Of a stretch of DNA of 64,000 nt, positions 39,345-52,200 are shown one piece after another (the stretch's first letter is position 1; every line of letters begins with the position of its first letter). The notes beneath the pieces are model-generated. The model saw only the letters and a list, made by a program, of their open reading frames with translations. It was not told the DNA's origin and ran no database searches. The stretch spans positions 124,558,001 to 124,622,000 of the forward strand of contig NC_083276.1 of NCBI RefSeq assembly GCF_963506605.1, in the 5' to 3' direction. The stretch is from Zootoca vivipara. Its lineage: Eukaryota. A program made the position numbers and the translations under genes.

Positions 39345-41526
39345 TTATACCCCGCCTATCTGGCTGGGTTTCCCTGCCACTCTGGGCGGCTTCCAACAAA
39401 TAGAAAAATACATTAAAATATCACAGATTAAAAACTTCCCTAAACAGGGATGCCTTTAGGTGTTTTCTAAATGTCAGGTAGTTGTTCATCTCCCTGACCT
39501 CCGATGGAAGGGCATTCCACAGGGTGGGTGCCACTACCGAGAAGGCCCTCTGCCTGGTTCCCTGCAACTTGGCTTCTCGCAACGAGGGAACCGACAGAAG
39601 GCCCTCGGTGCTGGATCTCAGTGAATGGTGGGGGTGGAGAAGCTCCTTCAGGTATACAGGACCGAGGCCGTTTAGGGCTTTAAAGGTCTGTACCAACACT
39701 TTGAATTGTGCTCGGAAACGTACTGGGGGCCAGTGTAGATCTCTTAGGACGTTATGTGGTCTCGGCGGCCGCTCCCAATCACCAGTCTAGCTGCCGCATT
39801 CTGGATTAATTGCAGTTTCCGGGTCACCTTCAAAGGTAGCCCCACGTAGAGCGCATTGCAGTAGTCCAAGCATAGTCACATTGGAGATGTGTGAAGGATC
39901 CACATATGGCAAAGATGGACTCTGCTGCTGCTACATTCAGTTCACACATTCAGGAGCTCCCAGCAAGCCATTGTGTCTCAGTTTTTGAAATGGTATGATG
40001 AGGAGTGTTCAGAGAGTGTTTGCAAAGAAGATAATTAAGACTTCTAGGTTTATTCAGTGGCTTCTATGAAGGGTCAGCAAAAGGCTGTTTCATATCTCAG
40101 TCTTATTATCCAAACCCTTTCAATGTATTTGAAGCACCCTGAACCTTGTGAAATGCTATGTAAATGCTTTAAATAGTGCCCTATTTTAAAACATTATATT
40201 GCTGTTCTCACTTTCAAAGCATCTTACAGAAGGATATAATTATAATGAAAGGACTGGATCTGCCTGCGATCAACATTGCAGTGAAAATAGAGAAAGATTT
40301 GGCCTTGTCTTCTGTGCTTATTGCAGGGAAAGCTATCCTTTTAACTGAATGGGTTTTTTGTACATACATAATTTTATTTGTATGCCGCCTTTCCACAGTT
40401 CAATCCATGCGCAAGGTGGCTTTCAACATGAAAAAATACATAACTACAAAGTTATCACAAGATCTAAACTACAAAGTAAATCACAAGATCTAAAATAAAG
40501 ATACGAAAAAAGAGCAGCAAGCCCCCCCCTCAAAAAAACAACCCCAAACACCCCCCCAAGACTATATTTTGCTGCAGTACCTTTTAAATAAGTGGAGAGT
40601 ACTGGGCCATTAAACTCAAAGTAGCCTGTCCTTTCATTGATCCAATTTAGGTTGGCTTCATGAGTGATGGCAGAATCATGGCTTTGGATATCAAATTGTA
40701 CATGAATGGAGGATGCACCACTGATGATTCGGTTCTGGTGAGTATGTTTTAACCAGAATGATTTTTCATGTTGTACAATAGAAAAATGAACAAAACACCA
40801 CCTTCCTATGAGAACAGTGGGGGGAAAGGGCAGCTCTTATGAGGATGAATGCAGTTTACTTATGTAGGGTGGTTTTTAAAAAGCCAGTGTTCCCTTAGTT
40901 ACTTTATGTTATATTATCACCTGTCCAGCTGCAGGAGTTCAGTTTACAATATTTCAACAATTAAATCAGGTTAGATAAAACAGGAAAGGTCAACAATTAA
41001 ATCCAAAATGAATACACACACACACACACCATGCAAACCAGCGAAAATGTTCAATTCGTCCAATGGCTTTTTAATATAAATGTATGGTATGGCATTCACC
41101 ATAAACAGCTGAGTGCAGACAGACTTGGGATATTTTGGCAATGTGCGTTTTCCAGAATACGTATTAGCTACAGTCACACACTACCTGATCTTCATAACAG
41201 AAGCTCCAGCATGCATACACCAGCTGAAGGCATGTGGAGGGGCATGGCCCGAGACGTGTGCCATCATTGGGGCATGGCTGGTGGGGTCCTGTTCTCTCCC
41301 CCCCCCCCCAATTTGTGAAAAGAGGCTAGTGTCAATAGACCAGGGGAAGCCAACACAGTGCCCTCCACATTCTGTTAGGCTACAACTCCCATCAGCCCCA
41401 GCCAATGTGGTAAACACTCGGGGATGGTGGGTGTTGCAACCAAACAACCTCTGGGGAGCAACACGTTGGCTCCCTTTTGCAATAGGCATTAGCTTTGATT
41501 TGCTTCAGTTTATTGTGGCACATGGA

Positions 41527-41578
<52 letters not shown>

Positions 41579-44500
41579 TTTTTGTAACCCGCCCATCTGG
41601 CTGAGTCTCCCCAGCCACTCTGGGCGGCTCCCAATTGAATATTAAAACAATACATCATTAGCACAATTACAAAAGTCACAAACAATACATAAACCACATC
41701 AAAAAATACACAACCAAACGGAATACAATTTCCACATAAATCAAAATCTAAAACTAAGAATACAGCCTTAATACAGTTTAAAATGACATAGGTAAAAAAA
41801 TAGCAGGAATTTAAACAAAAAGCAAAACAAAATGGAGCCCTCTTTGCCCAACAGCAGCAGCGGCAGCAGTCCTTTATAGAGCCCATCAGGCCCTGCCCTA
41901 GGCCAGGTGGTGAGTGGCAGGACTGGGGCCTTCAGGCACCGAGCAGGGGAGTCCTCCTTTCTTGCCTGTTTGATCATGTTCTTATTTCTGCGCATTATAT
42001 TCAGTCCTTCTCCTCGTGCCTATGTTAACCTCTGCTCAACTTGTTTCAGCAAGAGACCTAGTAGCAGCACAGCACTAACCATCCTAGCTTCTCAGCGTTC
42101 TCCTTGCCAAAACAATATGCAAAAATGGAGGCAACAGCTTCAGGAGTTCCTGGAGAGGGGAGGGGGAGCGGGTAATGCCCGTGTTAGTAGAAGGTCATCC
42201 TATGTTGCAAACGCCCAGTGATCTCGCTTATTGTTGTTATTCTCATGCTCAGCTATTAATGTTCCCCTAATGAAGGTTTCAGAGGTAATGCTGCTGAAAC
42301 TGAATCATTCTTACAAGAGTCCCAATATCCGAGCTTGTGCCCACGCTTGCAAGACAAACATGCCACCCAACACTGCTTTCCGTGGCTTCGGCTTCCCGCA
42401 AGTAGGACTCATTACAGAAGCTTGGATAACGCGTGTTGCAGCCAGATGTGGATTATTACCAGAGCAGGTAGATTGGGGTTGGGGAGAAAGAGAAATTGCA
42501 TGCCTATGGTTCTGAAATTTTAAGAGTGAATGAAAAAGTGCACATGGTTGCTAAGGGTATTTTGGGAAGAGGTGTGAGAGTGAAGGCTGGATGTAAGTAG
42601 CTTATGCACTCCCAGAAAGAAGAGACCCGAGTACACAGAGGAAATCTTTTTGAGGAGAAAGTGTTAACTTTTGAAGATTTCAGATAAACCAGGGACCGTA
42701 AGATACTTTTCACATGACTTTTGGGAGACTGAACTGAAAGCCTATCAGAAAGGAGTGTTAGGCTGAGAGAAATGTAGCTGTGTCAGTAGGAGATAAGAAA
42801 TTGGCATCTAACATTGACTTCAGTACCATGAATAGTTTAATTGCCCCCTTGCTTTCTAGTGGTGGGCAGGCTGTCAACCCCCTGCTCCCCACTCTTGGGA
42901 CCCTTTCAGCTGTAATGTAGCATAAGAAATGGGCTTGTTTGGTTTCTGTATTAATGAGACCTAGATGAAACCCACTGTTGAAAAATTTGCTTTCTCAAAT
43001 ATATTGATCCTGGTCATATAATTAAGTACCCTTGTGTGACTGAATCCTGTTTTTGAGGTGTCCTGAATATTATTGTTACTTGCTTGTATTGATACTAGCA
43101 TTAATAATACTTTATGATCTGGTAATAGTTCAAATGTGTATGTGTGTGTAAAATATAAATAGGCCCAATTCTACCTCTAGGCTGAGAAAAAAATCTGTAT
43201 AAGGTTTGAGTAAATACATCTTAGCTCCCAAAGCCCATTATGAATGTGGCACTGTATTGCAGTTTCTTGAGATACTTGTCTTCCAGATTAGAGAAATAAA
43301 TATGTACAAAGAAACCGGACAGACATTTTATAAACAAGAGCTCAAGCCAGAGAACCTCCTCAGATGCTGGGATGAATGCATGGAGAAGTCTATGTATCAC
43401 ACCAGGAAAGAAGCTGTGAATAAATTCAATAAGGAAAATTACTGGAAGAAAAAAGGGATTGCCATTATTCCCATGACGTTCCCTGTTGGATTTGGCTTAC
43501 GCTCCCTAGGTCAGGTCAGTTTCTCTGGACACTGTACAAGAAGACAAGCATTGGTCACCTGCCTTTCTTGCTTTTATTTTATTTTATTTGGCTGTTTGTT
43601 TTCTGTTTTGTTTTTGAAAAGTGCTCCCTTTCACCCAAGTTCCCACTTGCATGCCCCTGGCCACACAACTTGAAATCTGAGCGACGTTCTCTTACAAGGG
43701 CAGACATGCTCCTGATAGGTGTGTCGTGGTTGGCAGCAGCGTTAGTTGGTAATCCTTTCCTGTGCTTTGACTGTAGGAGCTGGTAGGAAGGAGGGGGATA
43801 AACTATCAGGGAGGGGGCCATAAATGGGAGTAGGTTTTATTTATGCCAGCTCCTTTGCAGCTTTCAGTGGTGTATTATCAAGTTATGACTGACCCCCTAG
43901 CAGGCATGGAATTCCCACTATGCTCCATTCTTCCCCCACTGCAACCTTGACTTTCCTATCATCATCATCATCATCATCCTTGCATTGCTAGTGAACCATC
44001 AACATGGCAGTTTTACTAACACTGTGTGCCACCAACAGAATAGCAACACCATGCTCAAGACTGCCCTGAGACATTTTGCCGTCTACAAGGACAGTACGTT
44101 TCCAATTCCACATATAGAAATTTTGCAGTGGAAGCTCACTTCAGCACTTCTGAGCAGGCAATGTCCACCACCACACATGAGGACAGCAGAGGTGCAGGGT
44201 GCAGCGTAGGCTGCGTGTATCTCTGTCCTCCTATACCACTACTCCCCACCACCCCAGTATCTGCTGTCTGGGGCAGCTGTTTCCCTCTGCTTAATGCAAG
44301 GATGGGGAAATAATGTTTAGCCCTTCTGTCAACCTTCATGGCTGAGGAGTGCCAAAGGCAGAAGCTGACAGAGCAACAAATGTGAATTTCATCTTTGGAC
44401 CATTGGCTAGTTTCTACACACCCTTTTCTATCTTCCATCCAAACAAGCAAGAGGAGTTATCAGTAATCAAGAGTATATTCCAGCAAGGGAGAAGCACTCA

Positions 44501-46218
44501 TGGAGGGTGTGAAACATGGACGGCTAGTGGCTTGTGTTTGAGAGTGGGTGTGGCATGGGAAGAGTCAGGAGGGCTGGATTGAGAGTCCTGGAGGGATGCA
44601 TTTGACTCCTTGGCCTGAGGTTGCCCATCCCTGACCTAATAATAGGGCTGGTCCTGCTGCTAACACTAGTGGTGCAGCAGATTGTAGCAGCAATACTAAC
44701 CTTTAACTGCAGAGCATCTCTTTAAAATATATATAGCTCTTCACTTATAGATTGATAAAGATAGCCCAACTGAAAACATTCCTGCTCATTTCATGCAGAG
44801 TGCAGAGCCAAGCTGTGTGTTCTTTTTTTATGTAGGGCGCTGCTCTGGTTCATTTGTATACCGATGGGTCCGTGCTTCTGACTTACGGTGGTGTAGAAAT
44901 GGGGCAAGGGCTCCACACCAAAATGATCCAGGTACCAGGAATTGCTTATCTCTTGCTTATGTGTGTGAATAACAAATTGTTTTAATGAGATGTGTTTTCT
45001 GCTGATTTACTGCTTTAATTTTCTGCTTTAGAAAGATGGCAGCAATCCATGTTACTTCTTGGCATCTATTTATTAGTGTCAGTGAAGTTATGCCAGATGA
45101 AATATAGTGGTCTGATCTCAAGATAAGGGTAATTACAAACTCCAGTTTTAATTGAGGACCCAACCCCCTGTGGTTTCCAGGAACTGGCATTCAGAAGCAT
45201 TACTGTCTCTAGCTGTGGCTAATGATACAGTGGACCTTCAGGTAACGTAAGTTTTGGGTTGCAAACACGGCAAACCTGGAAGTGTATTCTTGCAGGTTTC
45301 ACTGTGCGCGCATGCACAAAAGCAGCACCTCCACTTATGGAATTTTTGGGGTGCGTATGAACCCCCGGAACGAATTACATTCGTATCCAGAGGGTCCACT
45401 GTACTGTCTTTTATTTGTAGTTGGGAAGCCACACTGGGAACAATGAGCCAGTTAGGCTTGATGAAAGGATGGACAAACCTGGCTTTTTCTGGTCCGCATC
45501 ACTTTCACATGCTTTTATCCATAATTTAATTCTGCTTCAACATTGATCTGCATTGGGCAATAAGGTTAGTCAAAGAAGATGGTGCCAACATGTGTAAGTT
45601 GGTGAAGACTCCCTTAACTGTCTGCAGCATTAAAAGAGGAAAGAGAAAAACAACCCCTCCTGATATGTCTTCACCTATCTTCAGCTTTACTCTAATATGC
45701 AAAACAGCTGTGATTATACACAAGCAAATTAAATAGTTATCAGTTCCATGTACACAATAAAATAGGCTCTGGCTTCTTTGTATGGTCTATATACGGTAGA
45801 CATCGTGGAGGAGCTAAACCTTAATCTGATTTCTCCAGCTATACCCCCTCCATGACCATGGGAGTATAATTCTTCCAATTCTTCCACGACCATGGGAGTA
45901 CAGTATAATTCTTCCATACATCGTTCTGCCTGGACACTGAGGTCTAGTGCCGAGGGCCTTCTGGTGGCTCTCTCGCTACGAGAAGCTAAGTTACAGGGAA
46001 ACAGGCAGAGGGCCTTCTCGGTAGTGGCACCCACCCTGTGGAATGCCCTCCCACCAGAGGTCAAAGAGAACAACAATTACCAGACCTTTAGAAGGCATCT
46101 TAAGGCAGCCCTGTTTAGGGAAGCTTTTAATGTTTGATGGATTTCTGTATTTTAATGTTTTGTTGGAAGCCACCCAGAGTGGCTGGGGGAACCCGCCAGA
46201 TGGGCAGGGTATAAATAA

Positions 46219-46266
<48 letters not shown>

Positions 46267-49200
46267 CAGTATTCAGCTCCTGAAAGTGGGGGAAATCGGG
46301 TCAATGGCATTTGTTGATGTATCTTTGTGAATGCCACTGAACCCAAAAATACCTTTTCAAACAGAACTATGAGGTGTAACCCTTTTGTGTGTGCGTGTAA
46401 AGGTCTAGGTTGCTGTACTTAAAACAGAATATCGTACGTATTCATTTCTCATTCTAGGTTGCAAGCCGAGAATTAAAGATGCCAATGTCAAATATTCACT
46501 TCTGTGAAACAAGTACACAGACAGTCCCTAATGCATGTGCTTCAGTTGGATCAATGGGAACGGATGTCAATGGAATGGCAGTGAAGGTAAAATGTGATAT
46601 TAATCTTCTAGTTAATGCAAAATTCCAAGGTTCTGGCTTCTTGAAATATATTTATAGGAGCTTACTTCTGTTAAATGATGATGAAATGTATTGATTTTTT
46701 TGAAAGACTTTCATACTAAGTGCACAAAAACCCTCAGAAGAAAGCACCACTGAATTGCTGAACACAGGTGCCTGATTATGTTTTATGATTACAATCTTAA
46801 ATAATGTATAAATTATCACTACGTCCTACTTTCTCTTGTTCCCCATACCTGCTTTGAATTGAGCAACATTGTGTTTTGCAGAGAAGATACACGCTAAGCT
46901 GGAAAGTGCTGGGAGTTTCATAGATTCGTAGAATTGTAGAGTTGGAAGGGATCATTAGGGTCATCTAGCCCAACCCACTGCAATGCAATAATCTTTCACC
47001 CAATGTGAACCCATGACTCTGAGGTTAAGAGCCTCATGCTCTACCGACTGAGCCATCCTGCAGTGGATTTCAAACAGCTAGGTGGGAATGTATGAAGCAC
47101 AGGAACAGCATAGGAAACTGCCTTATACCAACTAAGACATCTGGCCCATTTAACTTAGTTTTGTCTACACTGACCTACCTAGCAATGCCAGGGATTGAAC
47201 CTGGGATGTTCCGCATGCAAAGCAGATGCTCCGCCACTGAGCTATGGTCCTTACCTGGTGAGCTACAGCACAGAGCATGCAACATCTGGTTAGTGCAAAT
47301 TTGCCCAATTGGTTGTAGAACAAAAGAGGAAGCCTTAATGAGGTTTAACTGATGCCCTTCCCCTTCTGGGCTGCAAAATTTAAGCTTCTCAGGACTGAAT
47401 GTGGAGGCTCTTGATTTTTTGTTGAAATAACCTCTTGGCAATGCCATAGACTAGTGTTTAATGACTCCTGTGGTGTAAGCAACAACCCAGCGGTATGGCA
47501 AAAATGGAACTCTTTAAATGTCTTACATGGAAACTTTTCTTCTTTGTGCTCCTCCCAATGTCATCAGGACGCCTGCCAGACCCTCCGGAAACATCTTGAG
47601 CCCATCATTAGACAGAACCCTAAGGGCACATGGAAAGAGTGGGTAAGAGTTGTTGTTTAGTCGTTTAGTCGTGTCCGACTCTTCGTGACCCCATGGACCA
47701 TAGCACGCCAGGCACTCCTGTCTTGCACTGCCTCCAGCAGTTTGGTCAAACTCATGTTGTAGAGTAGTTCTGTGGTTTCCATGGATTACCCTTTATATGG
47801 AAATTCCCAGGAGACATTTTATGTTTTTTTTTACTCCTTTCAGATCAGAAAGCATCCATTTCTTGCAGCATGGCTAAATATAGTGCTGCTGTATGTAAAA
47901 CTTTAGCAACTTGTAATTTTGCTCTCTATTCATGGCATTCTATAGTAAGATACAGTTACTAGTAATTTTGGTGTTATCAGTCTTTACTTTGTTTTGTTGG
48001 GGATCATTTTATATATTTGGATGTTTCTATTTTGAACACTGGCTATTGACCAAAACAATAACAGCAATTAAATAAGAAGCACCACAACAGACATTTGACT
48101 TGTATTAAATGTTATATGACTTTAGAGCCCAAGGCATAACCTCTTGTTTTAACTTGCCTAGCTTACCTCAACATGATTAAAGAAGGAAAATGGAGTATGA
48201 AGAATTTGTGTTTATGCAGGACTTTGCCCCTGCCTTTGGCAAGTTGCTTCATTCAAATTTGTTACTCACTTTTATAAAGGGGCTTGTTTTCTTTTTTACT
48301 GTTCCTTAAATTAATGCACTTAGTGCAGAGGAGAGGAATCCTTTTCACACCAAGAACTGCTTTCCCCTGTGGGAAGTGGTGTGCACAGCAATTGATATGA
48401 CTCTTACCTTTGTAAAGCCGCACAAAAGTCACAAAATTTACCATTGCAGCCACACAAAAGTCACAGATTTCTGCATCCCCTCCCACCGTTCTGCATGCAC
48501 ATTTCTCCGTACTTCATCTAGGCAAGCACAGGGTATTACCACAGCTGAAGGACACATTCTGGGGGGAACTTAGTCAATGGTTTGAATGGATAGATTAACA
48601 TTTAAGTTAAGAGCAGTAAGGAGATGTAATGAAGTAGACACATTTCCAGAAGCTTGGTACCGCTTTATGGTGCACACCACTAATAAAGAAAGCAGCTTTT
48701 TGCCACCACCAGGTGCTTCTCTTTTGCTGGAGGAAAAGACACGGCTACTAAGAATCAAGTACAGTTTGACTCTTCACTGAGCTAGTAAATCTGTGTGTGG
48801 TACTAGTGAGAGCTCATGTACTGGGAGGGATGCTTCTCCATAGAAGAAACAACTGCCTGCAACTATCATGTCAGGAAGAAGGCTAGGCCAAACTTCTTCT
48901 CCCTGAAACACAAGTTTTCTGGATGGATGGGATTGTTTTATTTGGGGAAGTATTCAGCCACCTGAGCTCCTACCAGCAGTCTTACTTCCTCAGTGAAAGC
49001 CTCTTCGTCACAGTTCTCAATGTGCAATGTTCCATTTCATCATTCAGTCAACTGGAAATATTATTTTTTTCAATTATATTTTATTGAGTTTCAACATTTT
49101 TAACATATACAATCAAAACACAACTTTGTTTTTTTTCTTTTTGTCAATTTCCCACCCCGTTTTCCATGGAGTTGTTGCTTCTCCCCTTCTGCTGCCCCCT

Positions 49201-52200
49201 ATAGTCTATCTATTAAATCATAGCCACAATATTATCACCTAATTCAGGCATCCCCAAACTGCGGCCCTCCAGATGTTTTGGCCTACAACTCCCATGATCC
49301 CTAGCTAACAGGACCAGTGGTCAGGGATGATGAGAATTGCAGTCCAAAACATCTGGAGGGCCGAAGTTTGGGGATGCCTGACCTAATTACTTCTGTTGGT
49401 CATAGCTCAAATCCTGCTCATGAGTTGATTGTCAAACTGGAAATATTAATAGGAATGTCTTGGTTTTAGCATGGCCATGGTATCTTTTTTTATACAATAT
49501 TGCTTTTTGAAGGAATAAACTTACTATGCTTGCTTGTTTTACAGGCCAAAGAAGCTTTTGAGCAGAGTATCAATCTGTCAGCTATAGGTTATTTCAGGTA
49601 AGGTAGAAAGGTAAAGGACCCCTGGACATTAACTCATGACTTCAAGAAGTGACTGTCAAAAGAGAATTAATGATTTGCATAACGAGGTAGCTACTGCAGG
49701 GATCATGAATGACTTGAGCTGATACTTTTAGTAGTTGCATATGCTGCTTAGACATAAGCATACAGAGAAAAGGGCATGTCATGTCTAGTCTTGTACATGA
49801 AGGTCCTGAAGGAGAATTTTAGCAGCAGAGTTTAAGATAATAATACAACAGATAACAGGGTCACATATATCTCAAAATTAATAATTCCAGTCCAACGCAG
49901 GGCCTTTATGTTAGCCCGACTGAACAGGTCACCTTCAAAGGTAGCCCCACGTAGAGCGCATTGCAGTAGTCCAAGCAGGAGATAACCAGAGCATGTACCA
50001 CTCTGGCAAGACAGTCCATGGGCAGGTAGGGTCTCAGCCTGCGTACCACATGGACCAAATTCAATCAAGTTTCAATCAAGTATTATTAATCCAAAGAGAA
50101 AACAATAAGAGAACCATATACAAGTGCTGACACAAGAGCCAAAATCAAACGTTAAACAGATAACATGTACAAATTAAAGGCAAACCAGTTAAGGCTTAGT
50201 CAATACATGCTCAAACCAAAAATACTCTGAATACAAGAAATTGGATATGTAAATGAGAGAACCTTTTGAAAAAACACCTGAGCATTGTGGCCTAAGCCAA
50301 GATAAGTGGTTTCATATAAATTTGAATGCACTAAACATAAAAGTACAAGGAGAACTACTGAAGAAGCCCGTCATATGGGCGAAACAGGCAAAAAAACGCC
50401 GGCAGCCTGTCTACTACCATTGACACCTCGTTCGACCTGCTGCCACTTGCTGACCGCTAGATAGCCTCAAAGACTATAAAGACTGGTTTGCCTTTAATTT
50501 GTACATGTTATCTGTTTAACGTTTGATTTTGGCTCTTGTGTCAGCACTTGTATATGGTTCTCTTATTGTTTTCTCTTTGGATTAATAATACTTGATTGAA
50601 ACTTGATTGAATTTGGTGCCTTTGCGTGCTGCTTGTTTTATTTTGGACTTTTGAAGAAATTGGCAGCATTAGCCCATCATCTCTGTTTTTGCGTACCACA
50701 TGGAGCTGGTAGACAGCTGCTCTGTACACAGAATTGACCTGCACGTCCATGGACAGCTGTGAGTCCAAAATGACTCCCAGGCTGCACACCTGGTCCTTCA
50801 GGGGCACACTTAACCCTTTCACAACTGTGGCCTACTGTTTTGCACTCTCTAATGAACCATGCACACTGATGGCACTAAATTGATAATTTTTTCAGGGAGG
50901 ATCCAGAGGATCCTTCTGTGAATGAAAGGCACTAAGATCCAGCAGGTCGTCCTGCTGGAGAAAGATGCATTTTTTTAACCAGTTGGAGAAAGAGGAAGGC
51001 CACCCTGTGCTGCTTCCGATATGGTTCCAGAGACATTCCCAACTCTCCAAAGCAACTTTTCAGGCAAAACTCACCTGCTCTCCCCCTCCCCATGCCACCC
51101 CTTGGGCTTTCTCATGATCTGCATTCTGCTCACAGTAACTTTGGATCCAACCCACTGATCAAGTGGAAGGAATTATTGGTCACATTCAGAAATTTGTACA
51201 TTTGGTTGAAAGTGCTGTCAGTGAGTCTGTAGGGTTTTTTTATGTTTCTGTAAATGAAAAGTATTTCTGAATCAGAGAACTCAGATCAGCGCTGCATTCT
51301 GACTGCATCAAGGGAGAATGTAATGTGGCAACGATGAGTAGTAGATGATACAGCTTTAAATGAGGAAAAGCCAAATTCATAGATCTATTAATGGGTATTA
51401 GCCATTATAGGCAACAGAAGCAGTATTGACTGGCTTTGGGGGAGAAGAATGTTGGGGGCTTTTACCTACATCTCCTGTTGGTGGGGTTCCTGGAGGCCTG
51501 GCCACTTCCAGAAACAGAATGCTGAATTAGATGAACATTTGATCTGATCAACAGACCTGCTGCTATGTTCTTAAACAGCATGATGCATTATCAGAGCAAA
51601 TCTCACATAGCTCCACTGTCATGACTGATTGTAACAACTGAGGGTCCAGCACATCATTGTGATTGTGAGGGTCTTTATTGCTATTTTCCCCCTTGTCTCT
51701 TCTATTGTTGTTCCCATGCCTGCAAGCATCCCTTACTCCCCAACATACTTTGTTGCTTCTTGCAGAGGTTATGAGACATACATGGATTGGGAGAAAGGAG
51801 AAGGCCACCCATTTGAATATTTTGTTTTTGGGGCTGCCTGCACAGAGGTTGAAATAGACTGCCTGACTGGAGACCACAAGGTAAACTGCCAGGTGTCACT
51901 TACAGCTAGTGCAAAAAGCACAGTCAAGTTCCTGTGTAACTAATGAAAGGCTCTTGTGTTTTCTTTGTCGTATTCAGTCTAACAGCTGTTTGCAGTGGAC
52001 AGCAATAAATCCTGCTGCTTTCTACAAAGCACATCTAATTGGAAATGGGTGCCGGATACATAGTGGTTTCTTGTGTGAATCGAGTTTAACCTCTCCTCCT
52101 TCCTCCTCATGTGACTTCAGTAATCCATGAGCTGCTGCTATGGCACATGCATGGCAACTCTGAACGTGAATTCATCCTGGCACTTGTGCTGCAGTAGCCA

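Larger units (their letters stand above)
49927..50810 (-). mobile_element. L2 internal fragment split by the 50055-50689 insertion
   Basis: Matches the 39820-39870 L2 sequence; minus-strand [12 protein letters not shown]. Confidence 0.75.

Noticed and set aside
38961-41886. ORFs with poly-I, poly-L or poly-N tracts
   Set aside because: Translation of (TAA)n tails of L2 elements.
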